A program made the translations under genes and the position numbers. The notes below the pieces were generated by a model. It was given only the letters and a program-made list of their open reading frames with translations. It did not search any database and was not told the origin of the DNA. Positions 14,410 through 28,876 of a stretch of 64,000 bases of DNA are shown here, in pieces (positions within the stretch are counted from its first letter, which is position 1; every line of letters begins with the position of its first letter). The DNA comes from Camelus ferus (taxonomy: Eukaryota): contig NC_045696.1 in assembly GCF_009834535.1 (NCBI RefSeq), positions 84,384,001-84,448,000 of the forward strand, read 5' to 3'.

Positions 14410-14612
14410 ACCGGATAGGTGGGCACAGACCTTTAAGCTTTAAGGTGCCTATAAACAGGCTGATGAGCCAGTTAAAATAGCAGATTCCTGAGCCTCTTCC
14501 TGGGGAGGCTCCAGATCTCTGGGGATGAGGCCTAAGACTCTGCATTAAAAAGTAACATCAATGATTCTTATGTGAGTAGTTCATGGGCTGTAATTTGATA
14601 AAACATTGGCTT
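14410..14612. mobile_element. MER5-like DNA transposon
   Basis: gttaaaatagcagattcctgagcctc...tctggggatgaggcctaagactctgcattaaaaag...tgattcttatg. Confidence 0.65.
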
Positions 14613-17091
14613 CAAATGGTCACAGATCTTGCCATTCCCAGTGGTTTTTTGTCCTACCATCCTACAGACCAGTGACCTTCCCAGTAATTGAGGCAGGATA
14701 TTACAGAGCTGATTAGTGCCCTTGAAAAAATTTTTGTTTCCAATTTGAGTAATTCATGAAATACAAAATTTCTTTCAATACCATTTTCATTTGTTTTTGA
14801 GTTTCCTTTACCTATTTCTGCCTGCTCTGAATGCCAGAATCTTAAATTTTTAGGTGATTAAGCATTTGGTTCTGCTATCTACCAGTCATAACATGTCAAG
14901 GATTTGGGGACTATACCAAACTAAAGAATTATTTGAGCATGACTGAACCCATGGTGACATGCATTTTTCAAAAGCAAGTACATATAACTTGAAAAATCTA
15001 AATAAAACACATTAAAGATGGTACTCAGTGAGTTTCTATTCTATTAAAGAACTGTTGCATACTCTAGTCTTGGCTAAGAGATTAGTGATATCGCTAATTT
15101 ACACATAGAATTTTTTCTCATTTCACCTCCACCCTTTTCCTCTAGCATTCTACTTCTATTTCCTCCATAGAATCTAAGATTTGCTAAGAAGAGTTGTTTC
15201 CACAAAGCTGAGAGTATGTATCTTTGTCAGATGAATGGAGTTTTTTTACTGGGAACTGTTGTAGGCATCATTTAAGGTCCCAGTAATTGAGACATAAAGA
15301 ATTATGTATCTTCTTAAAAGTTTCCTGTTTCCCCCTACAGGTCAAGAAGCTCTTTCTCTCTCCAAACCAGTGTATCTGGGTGGGATTGCTCCTTCCTTCC
15401 TCTAAACTACCTCTTTATTTCTCACTCCTCGGTAGAAACCTAGACATTTACAGATTCCAAGGAAAGTGAGATTGGTTTGTTTACAAATAGGGGACTAGGA
15501 AAGAGATGAAGATATTTAGCAAAGATCATATAAGTTTGAAACAACAGAACAAAGTGGAAGGGAAAATGTAGTAAAGCCAGAGGACACTCAGCCTGATAGA
15601 GAATCACAGTTCTTAGGAATAAAAGCATGCACAGTTTACCACCTGTAAATTTGAGCAACCATCATTGTATAGATAGAGGATTAAAAAAAAAAAAAAAACT
15701 TGCATTAGAGAAATCTGTTTATCCTGATGTGATATCTAAATTCTGAAAATAAACTAAGGGAAGAAAAAAGTTATAAACAGCTTGGCTTTTATATTAATTC
15801 AGACTGAAATAAGATACTATCAGAAAAGAATAATAGATAAAGAAAAACTGCCCATCTGGCCTTAGACACCCTTTTGTGTACTGGTCAAATGATGTCAATA
15901 TGAAATGTATTTATTCTTTCTGAAAAATGTCAATACACATTATGTTAATTATCTTTAAGTTTGATTTGATGTTGAAATTTCAGCTTTCTGTAGGCTCAGG
16001 TTACAGTTGCTGTGTGCCGCGTTTGCCTACTAACACAACAGTGTTGTTGGTGCATTTTGTTCCATTGCAGATCTTCAAGACACTCAGGAGGACACCATTA
16101 TGTCTTCTCGTAATATCAGAAGTTTTCCTTTTGTTGATTTTGGACAGAAAGAAACAGACAAGGCTCAGGAAAGTCACATATTGAGATCTTTGCGTAGAAT
16201 AATGGAAAGACACAGTATCTACTAAGATTACTCAAATTTTATGGATAACAATACTTCTAAGGGATTAAGAAATATCTAACATTTACATTTAAAAACTGAC
16301 CTTGCATTATGTACTAAATTTGTGCTAGATTTGTTTTTGGCTGAACAAAATTTATGAAAAGCAGTGATTCAAGGAACTTGATTTTTCTATTTCTTGAAAG
16401 GAACAGAAAAATGGATAGTTATACATGATTACTTTATCTCTGTTCATCCCACCAAGGCATTAAATACTAGTCATCTCAGAGTCACTCATCAGAAATAGAA
16501 GTATATTCTTGGAAAAATCGTACTAGCTATCGATCCTAGTATTTTACTGCACATTAATACATTTAGTGTTTGCATTTAATGCTTTTCCTAAAGGAGGGAA
16601 TAAAATACGATAATTACTAACAGCTTCCAGGAAAGACACGAAGTAGTATTGGTGATAAAGATAGAGCATTAGTTTAATAGATTATCTGTCTGTGTGGGAT
16701 CCATACAGTGGTACCTCTCTGTTCTCAGAGACAACAATGGATGAGACATAATGCTACTCACAATGTGACAAAACATCACAAAATGACAAAAGTGAAGACA
16801 CTGTTAGAACATTCCTGCTATGTTTGGTCAGATAGAAGACCAAATCATATATTTCAAAAGTGGATCCCTATTGAATGGACAAGTATGGCCATAGGGTCAA
16901 GTCTATGTTGATAACTTCTGTAAAACAAGTCTTTATTTTTGAGGCAGTAAGAAGTGAACATCTTTATCTGAAAGTTTCCTCAGGACAAATAGGGTTTTTT
17001 TTGTTGCTCTAGGAATTCTCTGTAGGTTAGAACATCACACCAAATTCTGCTATAGAGCAGAGCGTGGGAGCCCATGATTGGGTTAACAAAT

Positions 17092-17687
17092 TGTAACAGA
17101 CCTCAACCGCTTATCTCCTTAAAGAAGATGTACTTAGTAATAGCCTTGCTTGCATAGTTGAGGTTTTAGCAACAACCCAGGCCCTTGGCTATAAACGCTG
17201 GGCGCGCCTGCTGTTAGTCTTCTATCCCCAAAACAGCCTTGGGCTGGAATGGTAAACAACTTACAAAAAGCTGCAGACTCAGAGGTGAGACGGCTGGTTA
17301 GCCAATGACGGGTAAGATCCCCTGAGGGGGGCGACCTAAGACAGGCACAGCCGCCTGGGTCCAAGTTGTGAAGCAGCTGATTCTCACACGTTTCACCCTG
17401 ATAAGCTGAAAGGCTCAACACAAACATGATTCACCAAAAAGGGTCTTCTGACCTTGAGCCAAACACTAACAATAAACAAAGCCTTTGTGCTCATTGTGAT
17501 CCCACCCTGTCCTTCCCTAAATTCCTGCATTCCTCCTTTGACTGTACTCAATAAATATGGGAGATTTGAGAGGCCTGTGGAGTTGGCTCCCGACTCCCTC
17601 TCACTCTCTTGACTTTTCCACAGAGTCTTGAGTAATTCATTCCATCTCGGTGGGACTTCTGCTGGCCAGAACCCACAACTGGTGACA
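17092..17687 (+). mobile_element. ERV solo LTR, relatively young
   Basis: Starts TGTAAC and ends ...GTGACA; retains CpGs; CCAAT in the U3-like part; AATAAA at 17550 followed by a U5-like tail. No clean TSD, so the 3' boundary is +/-10 nt. Confidence 0.75.
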
Positions 17688-18619
17688 AACCCACAGCAGT
17701 GTTTCTGATTTGCCATTTAACACTTCCGGGGTTCAGGAGGTCTTTTTCTCTACTTTAAAATGAGAAGGTTAAAACACCATGATCTCTAAAGTCCTTTACT
17801 GCCTCAAAGTGCAATAAAACCCCATGAATATCAATTGGAAATGCTAAATGTGTTTGTGTGTTTTCTGGTTAGAATGGTGATTTTTAGAAATATTAGCAAG
17901 TAGAATTTTTAAAACAATATTTTAAAAATGCATGTATTCCCTGTATGACCTTATTGAAAGATGCATAAAAATAAATGTTATGAGAAATTATAGTCTTTCA
18001 AAGAAGGCCATTTCCTAAGTGGGAAGTGTTTTCTATGAATTTTTACATAATTGTGATGTTTATTGTAAGTTATTCTACAAGTCATTGTATGAGCTTGACT
18101 TATTCAAAAGTCTGATTTAAAATTTTGGTTCAATACACAGTGTCATGGCTGTTTGAAATGGAAGTGTCCCTAGCAAATAATTTGCTATAGCAAAGGTTCT
18201 GAAAGGAATTAACGCCTTGATATTTCCAGTAAGTGACCAAGGCTTAAGAGACTGCCCATGGTCACTTAATAAATGAAGGTGAGGAAGTGGCTGTCTGAAG
18301 TGATATTCATTCTGTCACCCAGACTGTCTCTCATAATGAATAATTTATTCGCATTGAGAGGCGAGAGTAGATAGCTTGTATAAATGTTGAGAAAAGGGAT
18401 TGAAGAGTCCAATAATAACATTCTCAATCCAATTATTTAAGTGACATACATCGGATAAGAGCAGTGGTAGCTACGGATTGAAGAAGAGTGCAACTATAAA
18501 TGACAATGTTATCTTCTGCCACAGAATACATAGCCTTAGAAGACACGGTCCTTGTAAACAAATCAATCCTCCACAACATATACACAAATATGACACAGAC
18601 TTAAGCTAGCGAGATACAA

Positions 18620-20765
18620 AGACCTTTTAAAGTTAATAGAATTGATACGTGTTTGCATTATGGAATTTAATGTTTTGGCTTATGTATACCCCTCCAAAAC
18701 CATCACCACAGTAAAGGGTAAGAAGGGCCGTAAACACACTGATCATCGACAAAAGTTTCCTCTTGCTCTTTTGCTCCTTTGTAATCCCTTCCTCCTTCCC
18801 TGTCTCCCAACTGGGCAACTGCTGGTCTGCTCTTTGTCATTAAAATTTAATTTGCACTTTCTAGAATATCATATAAGTGGAAAAATAGAGTATGTATTCT
18901 TTTTTGCTTTTTAAAAAATTAGCATAATTATATGAGATTCATCTCTGTTGTAGTATGACTTGATAGTTCATTACTTTTTATTACTAAACAGTTGTCCTTT
19001 GTATGGATGCACCACAGTTTGTTTATCCATTAACCCTGTTAATGGACATTTGGGTTGTTTCCAGTTTGGGGTTTTTACTAATAAAGCTTCTATGAGCATT
19101 TTTGTGTGTAAGTCTTTGTATGGACATATGATTTCATTTCTCTTGGGTAAAGAAATACCTCAGAGAGAAGTGGCTGGGTCATGAAGTAGGTGTATATTTA
19201 ATTTTATAAGAAAGTGCCAAACTGTTTTCCAAAGTGGTCGTGTCCATTTACATTCTCAGAAGCAGCGTATGAGAGTTTCAGTTGTTGCACACACTTGCCA
19301 GTGTTTTTAATGTTAGTCTTTTTAACATAAACATGTAGTGACACACAGAATAGGTAAGTAGTGATATCTCACTATACTTTTAATTTGCCTTTCCCTCAGA
19401 CTAATGATTTGAGACTTTTTAAAAATGTGCTTTTTTGTTATCAGCATGTCTTCTTTGATAATGTGTCTATTTAAATTTTTGGTCTTTTTTTTTTTTTGGA
19501 TGAGTTGTCTTTTTTTAGGATTGAGTTCTTAAATTTCTTTATATAATCTAGAAACAAATCATTTTCATATATAGGTCTTGAAAATATTATTTCCCTCTCT
19601 GTGAGAAATAAGAATCTCTTAATAGTATCTTTTGAAGAGCAGAAGTTTTAAACGTTGTTATAGTACTCTTTAACAACTATTTTCTTTTGCAGATTGTGTT
19701 TGTGGTGTCTAATCCCAGTTAACAAGGATTTTATCTTATATTTTCTTTAAGTTTTATGGTTTTATTTTTTATTTAAGACTATGGTCAACTTTGAGTTAAC
19801 TTTTTATGTGGTGTGAGCTAATCCTTTGGCATATGCAGATACAATTATTCCAGGACCATTTGTTGAAAAACAATCTCTCCTTTCTTCACTGAATTACTTT
19901 TCTTCATTGGTCAGAAATTGGTTTTCTCTATTTGTTTGGGTCTATTTCTAAACACTCTATTCTTTTCCTTTGATCTGTTGGATGCCAAACATCTATCTTT
20001 ATAGATATGCCAATACAGCATTTCTTGATTTCTTGATTGAGATTATCATAAAGCTATAGTTAATTTGGGAAGAACAGACTTTCACTTTGGTTATATTAAT
20101 GTAATCAATATTGACATTGACATGGAAATATACCCTGTGCACAGGTATAGCTCTCCATTTACCTGGGTTTTTAATTTCTCTCAGTACTTTTTAGTTTTCA
20201 GTCTGCAGATCTTTAACATATTTTATCAGGTTTACCCATAAATACTTCACATTTTGGTGTTATTTTTAATGGTATTTTTGCTTTTAACTTTAATTTCCAA
20301 CTGTTCATTGTTAGTATATAGAAATGCAAGTAACTTTTGTATATTGACCTTGTATTTGGAAACAAGAAGCTCAATGAACCCTGTTACATAAGTATTACTA
20401 AACTCACTTCTTAGTTTGAGTAATTTTCTGGGTAGTTTTTATCAATTTTTCTACATACACAATCATGTTGTCTATGAATAAAGACATTTAAAATTCTGTC
20501 TTTATTATGTAAATTGTGTCTTTGATTTTTATTTTTCACCCTTTTATACTGGTTAGACCTCCTAGTACAATGTTGATCTGAAGTGGTGATAGCAGATGTC
20601 TTTACTGTGTTCCTCCCCTTCGGGGGGTGGTTTTCAGTCTTTCATTACTCAGTCTGAGGTCAGCAGTAGGTTGGTCATGGATGCCCTCCATTAGCCTGAG
20701 GAAGATTCCTTCTATTGCTTGCTTTCTGAGGACTTTGTAATAGAAATGGGTGTTGGATTTTAAGA
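18620..20765 (-). mobile_element. Old L1 (L1M-type) 3'UTR and degraded ORF2
   Basis: ggacatttgggttgtttccagtttgggg, gccaaactgttttccaaagtgg, ccaggaccatttgttgaaaa and tttgtatattgaccttgtat are antisense L1 hallmarks. Confidence 0.85.
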
Positions 20766-20858
20766 ACTTTTTCTAGTGGTAGCTTTAGAATTTACAGTGT
20801 ACATCTGTAACTTGTCACAGTCTGCCTCGGAGTGATATACCATTCCTAGTGCAAGAAC

Positions 20859-21282
20859 TGTATTTTATTTCCCAGGGCTGTTGTAACAGTACCATAAACT
20901 GTGTGACTTTAAACAATGGAAGTTTCTTCTTACACGGTTCGAGAGGCTAAAAATCCCAAATCAAGGTGTCAGCGGGGTCATGCTCCCTGTGAGACTCTGG
21001 GTAGGATCTTTCCTCGCCAGTCCTTGGCTTCTGGCGGTGGCTGGCAGGGCTTGGTGTTCCTGGCTTGCTGCTGTCTCACTCCAACTTCTGCCTCTGTTGT
21101 CACATGGCATTTTCTCCATGTGTCTCTGTGGCTCTTCTGCTCTTCTTGGGAAGACCGCAGTCATATTGGGTTATGAGCCCACCTATCCTATTCCAGTATG
21201 CTCTCATCTCATCTAATTAAATCTGTGACAGTCTTATTCCCAAATATAGTCATATGTGGGGGGTGCTATCCAACCCAATGCA
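20859..21282 (-). mobile_element. MaLR LTR (MLT1B/C-like) inserted into old L1
   Basis: TG..CA ends; 5-bp TSD agaac/agaat; gggctgttgtaacagtaccataaact...aaatcaaggtgtcagc. Confidence 0.85.
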
Positions 21283-21371
21283 AGAATCTTTCAATAGTGT
21301 ACTTCCATTTCTCCCTTACAGAAATTAGTGCTACTGTTTATGTACATTTACTTTAAAAAAAGTATATATAT

Positions 21372-21650
21372 ATATTTTTATTGAAGTATAGTCAGTTTAC
21401 ATTGTGTCAATTTCTGGTGTACAGCACAGTACTTCAGTCATGTAGGAACATACATATATTTGTTTTAATATTTAATATCTTTTTAACCATATGTTACTAC
21501 AAGATACTGAATATACTTCCCTGTGTTATACAGTATAAACTTGTTCTTTATCTATTTTATATATAGAAGTTAGTATCTGCAAATCTTGAACTCCCAATTT
21601 ATCCCTTCTCACTCCTTCCCTCCCTGGTAACCATAAGTTTGTTTTTATAT
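21372..21650 (-). mobile_element. Lineage-specific (artiodactyl/camelid-type) L1 3' end
   Basis: tttttattgaagtatagtcagtttaca...ttccctgtgttatacagta...ctggtaaccataagtttgtt. Confidence 0.8.
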
Positions 21651-21736
21651 ATGTTATAATCCAAATGCACTATATTATTATTTTTGTTTAAATAATTATT
21701 TTTATTTCAAATAATATTTTAACTGATATAAATTTA

Positions 21737-21962
21737 TGCATTAGTTTCCTAGGACTTCCATAATAAAAACAAACAAACAAACAACAAAAAACACCAGTCA
21801 TTGGATTTAGGGCCCACACTAGATCCAGGATAATCTTATCTTGAGATCCTTAACAGAAATACTACATCTGTAAAGACTCTACTTTCAAATAAAGTCATAT
21901 TCACAAGTATCAGGGGTTAGGACTTAAATATATTTGGGGGGAGCCACTATTAACTCACTGCA
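21737..21962 (-). mobile_element. Internally deleted MLT1 LTR
   Basis: tgcattagtttcctagg...cattggatttagggcccac...gggttaggactt...ctattaactcactgca. Confidence 0.7.
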
Positions 21963-21964
21963 AT

Positions 21965-22450
21965 TCACGTACAATGAAATTCACCATTTTAAAGTGCATA
22001 ATTCAGTAATTTTTAATAAAATCACAAAGTCATGCAACCATCAACATTAGCTAATTCAGAACATTTTCATCACCCCCAAAAGAAACCCCGTATCCATTAG
22101 CAGTCATTCTTTATTCCCCCAACCTCCAATCCCTGGCAACCACTAGTCTACTTTCCATCTGTATGGATTGGCCTATTCTGGACATTTCATATAGATATAA
22201 TCACATGGCAGGTGGACTGTTGTGTCTTGCTTCTTCTAATTAATATTTTCAAGATTCACCCATGTTATAGTCTGAATCGGCATTTTATTCCTTTTTATGT
22301 CTGAACAATAGTCCACTGTATGGATATACTACATTTGTTTATCTATTCATTAGCTGACTGAAATTTGGGTTTCCACTTTTTGGTTACAATAGGAACTTTT
22401 GTATACAAGTTTTGTGTGGATATATGCTTTCAATTCTCCTGAGTATCGAT
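21965..22450 (-). mobile_element. L1MB/MC-type 3' end
   Basis: attcagaacattttcatcacccccaaaagaaaccccgtatccattagcagtca. Confidence 0.8.
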
Positions 22451-24150
22451 TTTTTTTAAAGAATTTTAAACGATAAGAAAAAACATGTTTTTATATTTTA
22501 TATCTTAATAAGAGAAAAGTACATTTACTCATATACTTACCATTTCCACTGTTTATAATTACTTTGTGTGGATCCATATTTCTTCTTGTATCATTTTCCT
22601 TTTGCAAAAGGGACTTTCTTTGACATTTCTTGCAGTGTAGTTGAAGATGAATTCTTTCAGCTTTTGTTTGTTTGACTGTCTTTATGTTGCCCTGTTTTCT
22701 GAAAGATTTTTTTTGTCAGTTACATAATACTAAGTTGAAAGTTTTTTTTCCTTTTGGTATGTTAAAGATGTTGCTTCACTATCTTTTTGCTTGCACTGTG
22801 TCTGATAGGAATTATGCTGTCATTTTTATCTTTGTTCCTTACATATGCATGCTTCATTTTTATGACTGCTGTTAGGATATTTTCTTTATCATTGGCTTTG
22901 AACAATTTCAGTGTTATATGTCTTGTATTTTTATTCATTATTTTCTGCTTGAGGATCACTGAACTTCTTGCAGTTGTGGGTTTATATTTCTTATCAAATT
23001 TGGAAAAACGTTAGTCTTTATTTCTTTACATGATTTCCCCCCTGTATTCCTGCCTCCTTTGGCTGCTCATTACACATATATTATGAGGTTTAAGGTTGTC
23101 TCACAGACCATTGATGCTTTTTTGTTTCTTTTACCAAGTCTTTTTCTCTGTGTTTCACTTTGGGTAGTCTCTGTTGCTATGCCATCAAGTTCACTAATAT
23201 TTTCTTCTCTAATGTCTAAGTGTCCTCACTCTCATCCTATCCAGTGTATTTTTCACCTCACACATTGTATTTTGTATCTATTGAAGTTCAATTTAGGTCT
23301 TTTCTATGTCTTCCATGTCTGTGCTCAGTTGCTTGAACATAATGAATACAGTAATGACTATTTTAATGCCATTTTCTTCTAATTCTAACATCTCAGTCAA
23401 TTCTGAATGGTTTCAATGGGTTGAATTTTTTTCTCCATTATGTGTTGCATTGCTGCTTTTTTGTATACCTGGTAATCTTTAATTGGATACCAGACTTTTT
23501 GTGTTTTACCTTGTTGACTCCTAGATATTATCATAGTCCTACAAATTTTAAGATTCGTTCTGGGATGTAGTTAAGTTACTTGAGAAAAGTTTGATTCTGT
23601 TAGATTTTACTTTGAAGACTTGTCAGGCAGGACCAGAACAGCCCTTTATGGGGATACTTTATGGGGAAGAAGTGTTCTCTGTTGCTGAGACAAGCCAATG
23701 ACTTATGAAACTTTCCATTCTGACTGGCTGCAACGGGCACTGTTCCTGGCCCTCTGTGAGTACTAGGTACTGCGAACTCTGGTCTTTGCAGCTGGCTCTT
23801 TTCCTGGCCTTGAGTTGTCTCCTCACAAACAAGCACTGTCTATACTCTGTTGAACACTCACCGGGGTCCTCTGCAGACTGAGGCTCTGTTTCTCTGTAGC
23901 TCTCTTCTCTCCTGTTCTCTGGATGAAAACTCCAGCCACCTTGGTTCCCTCACACTCTCAGCTTTGTCCCTTCATCTCAAGGCATCTGCTGTATCTCTTC
24001 TTCCTGGAAGCTCTTTGGAGTCAGAAGCTGGAACAGTTGTAGGGCTCACAGAACTGACTCTGTCTTTCAGGGATGAGTGTCCCTCATTGTCTGATGTACA
24101 GTGCCTTGGAAATTGCTGTTTTGCATAGTTTATTTCCTTTTGTTTGTTTC
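22450..24150 (-). mobile_element. Old L1 5' region (ORF1/5'UTR remnants)
   Basis: ORF 22762-22959(-) contains RHITLKLFKANDKENILTA, resembling L1 ORF1p; T-rich antisense L1 composition. Confidence 0.7.
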
Positions 24151-24155
24151 AGGGG

Positions 24156-24641
24156 TGTAAACAAAAAATACTGCAAACCATACCAGTAAACAAAGAATGC
24201 TGAAGCCATCAAGTCATCAGCGGCTGCCACCACTCTCCAGTGAAGACAAGGCTGCAGCCCAGCCTCTGCAGCCACTCACAATGGTGCACCCTGAGGGGAC
24301 TCAGAATAAGGAAGGACAGGATACTGGCCCTAGATGGTGAGGTGCTTGTCAAAGGAATGAATTCAATGAGCCCAAATGCTTGCTTCCTCCCACACAGAGA
24401 AAAGCACTAAATTCTTTAACTTGAGATGCCTGGTTTTCTTTAGTTAACAAGTAAACTTTTAATGTTCCAACTACCTGGGCTTTGTTGTAAATCTCCTATA
24501 TATCCTAGCTCCTCCCCTACCTCTTTGGAGCAGTCCCTCAGAGCAGTCTGAAAGGCTGTCATCCCTGGCTGAGTCTTCAGAATTGTCCATTAAATAAAAC
24601 ATAACTCTCAACTTTTAGGTTGTGCATTATTTCAGTCGACA
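24156..24641 (+). mobile_element. ERV1-type solo LTR, family A copy 1
   Basis: TGTAAAC...GTCGACA; 4-bp TSD gggg/gggg; TATA-like cctatatat; AATAAA at 24593; homologous to 31232-31694 and 32589-33086. Confidence 0.9.
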
Positions 24642-24711
24642 GGGGGAAGGGTAGATAAAATCCCTGTTGCTATATTTTCACCAGAGGCAGAAGTCAAAGG
24701 CTTGAGTTTTT

Positions 24712-26600
24712 AAAAAATTAACTTCATTGTTAAAATATAATACACATTCAGAAAAATGTAAAATGTTAAGTGTATAGCTTAATAAGTTATCACATAATCA
24801 CATACACATAATCCTACTCAGATCAAAATAAAGAACATTATCAACATCTGACAACTCTCCTTCTTGCTCTCCCTCAACAGAGCAAAACAAAACAAAATGC
24901 AAAGGTTTAATACCATAGCTCTATATAAAGGACATCTTTATGTGTATATTCCTTTGTGCCTGCTTCTTCCCTCAGCATTATGGTTGTGATACTCATCCAC
25001 ATGGTTGCCTATAGCCATTCATGTAGTTTCACTATTTTATTGTATTTCTTTATATGAAAATGCTACAATTTATTTTTCAGTTGAAGTACATTTGGGTTTC
25101 CAGGTTTTCACTTTTACAAACAATGACACTATGAACATTTTGGTGTGTGATTTTAGTTGCACACACACATGATTTTGCATATTTAATTTGAAACGAAAGC
25201 TCTAGTCTCCACAGCAGGTGTACGTTAGCCTTTAGACAGCGTTACGCGTTTTATCCAGTGGTTTTAGGAATTCACTTTCCTCCTCTCTGACTCACAAGCA
25301 TTGTATGACGGTTCCAGTTCCTCCAACCCTTGAGTACTATTGTCAATTTGAAACTTCAGTCATTTGGTATACATGTAATGGTGTATAGCTGTGAGTTTCA
25401 TTTGCGTATCTCCGAAGGGTAGTGATGTCAGTCACATTTCTGCGTGCTCATAGGCCACTCGAATACCTTCTTTTGTGAAATGCCTGTTCAAGTCTCTCAC
25501 TCATTTGTGGGATCAGGCCACTCAAATAGGCTGCTCTCTTGCTCTCAGCACATCCCCTGCTCTGCCTGTCCCTGCCTCACCCACACCCTACTCACCTGAC
25601 TGACCTTCCTGTTTATCACAGAGCCTAATCAGTATTTGCCTACGTACTTGCCCCTGCTCCATCTAGCGACAGTTCTCGTCTTTACATCAGAACTATCCCT
25701 GCTATGATAGTGTATCAATGCACTATCTGGTTTCCCTGGTAATGGATGAGCCAACCTGACGTCAGTTCCCTCCGTACTGGTAACCTCCCCCACCCCCGTA
25801 GTGAACCGCCTTCATGTCAGCCCCACTGTCTGCATTCCGGGGTGCTGCTCCAGGACCTTGTTTCAGACGTGTAAGATCGCCCTGTTGATTAACCATTGAT
25901 GTGTCTGTCACTGACTCTGGGCTCTTTTGTCTCGAAGCTGGGCAAGTACAGGGCTTGCAAGCCTTCAGAGTGTGGCCCAACACCATTTTGTTGGATTACC
26001 TGCCTTTTCAAATTGACTTGTAGGATTTTTTTTTCCTTTCCTTCAATATATATACTCTATACAAACCCTTTGTTACTTATATGTGTTGCAAATGTTTTCT
26101 CTACTCTGTGGTTTGCATTTTCTCTTTCTTAATAGTGTTTTTAGATGAACAGATGTTCTGACAATGCAATCCAATTTTTTCTATTATGGTTAGTGATAAT
26201 GAAGAACTTCTTACCTATCTCAAGTTCATGAAAATATTCTTTTATGCTATCTTCTGGAAAATTTAATGTTTTATACATTACATTTAGAGTGACAGTCCAT
26301 CTGGAATTAATTTTGAGCATGTTTGAAAGTAGGGTTCAATTTTATTCTTTTCTTTTACATGTGGATATACAATTGACCCATACCATCTTTTGAAAATTTC
26401 ATTTTTTGTCATTTCCTTTTCAATCAAGTATTGTCTTTGTCATTAATCAACTATCTATATATGTGTGTCGGTTTCTGGGCCTTCTTTCTTGTTCCACTGG
26501 TCTATTTATCTATTTTGCAACAATGCAACACATGCTACTTTAGTTACATAATAAATCTTGATATCTGGTGGATTAAGTCCTCTGTTTCTTCTTAATGTTA
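24712..26600 (-). mobile_element. L1ME-type 3' region, interrupted by an LTR at 25506
   Basis: cagatcaaaataaagaacattatcaaca, ttttgtgaaatgcctgttcaagtct, gtggatatacaattgaccca. Confidence 0.75.
25506..25982 (+). mobile_element. Solo LTR (5-bp TSD, ERVL-like)
   Basis: TGTGGG...CCCAACA; TSD tcatt/ccatt; L1 sequence resumes on both sides; CRE TGACGTCA at 25757. Confidence 0.8.
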
Positions 26601-28876
26601 GTGGCTTACAGCCAAGTCATTATTTTTCACAAAAACATCTAATAGATTGCATAGCCCTTGTTGAAGATAAGCTATAACATTTAAACACATGTTGAAAAAG
26701 TCTTTGTTTCTCCTTAAAATATTTTTCTAAACTTTTGCAGGTTAATCTTTGTTTTCTTTCTCATCAAGAATATGTCAATAAAATCTCTGAGCATTAAAGA
26801 GTGAAGAATCATCTATTTTTGTACCATGTTGCTCATGGCATATTATAAGTAATTAATCTTCTTCTCAACATTTTTAGCTTTAGCAATTGCTATTAGCATA
26901 ATTTCTTATTAGAATATTCATAAGAAATAACTATTTATTCAAGTACCTTTTGTGGGTTTAAAAATCCATTATTTCAAAGCTAAATGGGCTCAAAATTCTT
27001 AATCTTTGGCAGTAGTTATGTATTAGGAAGATAATTAAATCTTTCAGATGACTTTGCCAATTAGTATAGGAGTAAAAATAATAGTGATTGCTACACCCTC
27101 GCACAACAAGAATGCACATGGATTTATAAGTTCACATCACTATGTGGAAGTTGCTTAGAGACAAGATTTGGTCTTAGTCTCTGACACATTCCACTGCACT
27201 TGTAAGAAGTACTAGCTATGGGGAAAAGGAGTGCCATGTATCTGGGAAAAATAAACAGAGGTGTTGCCCAGGCATCATACATCCTTAAAACTCTGCCTGC
27301 TAGTCTCTGTTCACTGTCTCATGGGTGAGTTAACTTAGAGAAACAGGAGAAACTGAATGAAGACATATCTGGTAAGTTCCAAAACAGAGGTGCCTGAAGA
27401 CAAGAAAACCTGGAATGTACGTTAAATAATGAATCATGAATATTATCTGGAATGGAAAGATTTTCAGTGTGCCCTTTTACAAACACAAAGATGGAGCCAC
27501 CTTTTAAGACAGATTCCCAAGCAATAAATTGCTTATGGTGGCTTTCTTATTCCTTCAAAGTTGTGTGTGTGCGTTTGTTCACTTTAACTTGGTTCAGTCT
27601 GCAGTGTGATCTACCTACGTCTCCAGGTGGCCCTGGCTCCATCATTTACCGGGGACAGTCCTGCCAGATTCCCAAATCTGCAGATTGCTGCTAACCATTT
27701 TTCTAAATCTTTCAATCAAATGATTTACATCATACTCAACATTTCATGAATAAAAAGGAACTAGATAGGAATTTAACTATATATAGGAAGATCTATAATT
27801 ATATACAAAACACTTGGGGCTACAAAGAGTTATTGTTTTAAAGAGTCAAGGAGAATATGATCTCAGAAACTTAATTTATGATCATTGAATGTCTTCTTAT
27901 ACCTAGAAAATAGGGATATTTTAATCTTATATACACAGGGTTTTAAGTGACTATCTAACAAGGATAATTTTTCCTTTGTTCTACTTTGTAAATCATCTTC
28001 TCAATAAATCCATATGTAACATATTTAAAATGATGCATTTAATTTATGTAATATAGAATAAATTTAATTAACCACAAAGTGAACTCAGCATTAATTTTTA
28101 ACCATGTAATCTTAAAATAGCCAAGCAGATGTTCATTTTCAGCTTTTTTATGAATAAGCAAATTTTATATTTATCATTTTTGAAAAGGTTGATGATCAGA
28201 TTTACCTTATGAAATCATATCAATGGTTTTAAGGCTGTTTTAGGTTTGGAAAATAACTGATGGGATAATATGGGTACACAAAATCTTATTAAGGAATAGC
28301 TTCTGTATTTCCAAATTTTTTAATATTACAGAATAGTATGATTTTAATTAAGAACTGATTTATACAATGCATAATCACACTTAAAAAATTTGCACAGGAA
28401 AATACAGGGAACATACAGGCATTGAAAGGGAAAAAGAGTATCATTTACTCTCACTATAATTTCATCAGAAAAATATTTTAATACCCAAAATGCTAGACAG
28501 AAATAATTTCAACTTATAGTTCTTTAATCCAGATTTTATAAATCTCATAAAATTATATAAAGTTATCAATTTTTTTCTTCTTTTGCCACATATTGGTAAA
28601 AACTTTGTTCTAGACCAGCACACATCTGTAAAATAATCTGGGAGTTGTTGCTATAGGGAAAATCTTTGCATTTGGTGGCAGAATAGGTACAAAACTCTTC
28701 CCATTTTTGGTAATAGAGGACTCTCTGCTAAGCCAGTGATGTGGTCAAAATGCTTGGGTGTTCTCAGCTCAATGAATTATAATGGATTTGTTCAATGTTA
28801 GTCCCATGTTATGTGGTATTAATAAAGAATCAGATCTGGATTCTGCTCCCAAGGAATGTTAAAATGTGTTGTGAGT

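Noticed and set aside
18230..18268. Hairpin taagtgacca...tggtcactta as a small RNA precursor
   Set aside because: Too short for a pre-miRNA; expected by chance at this scale.
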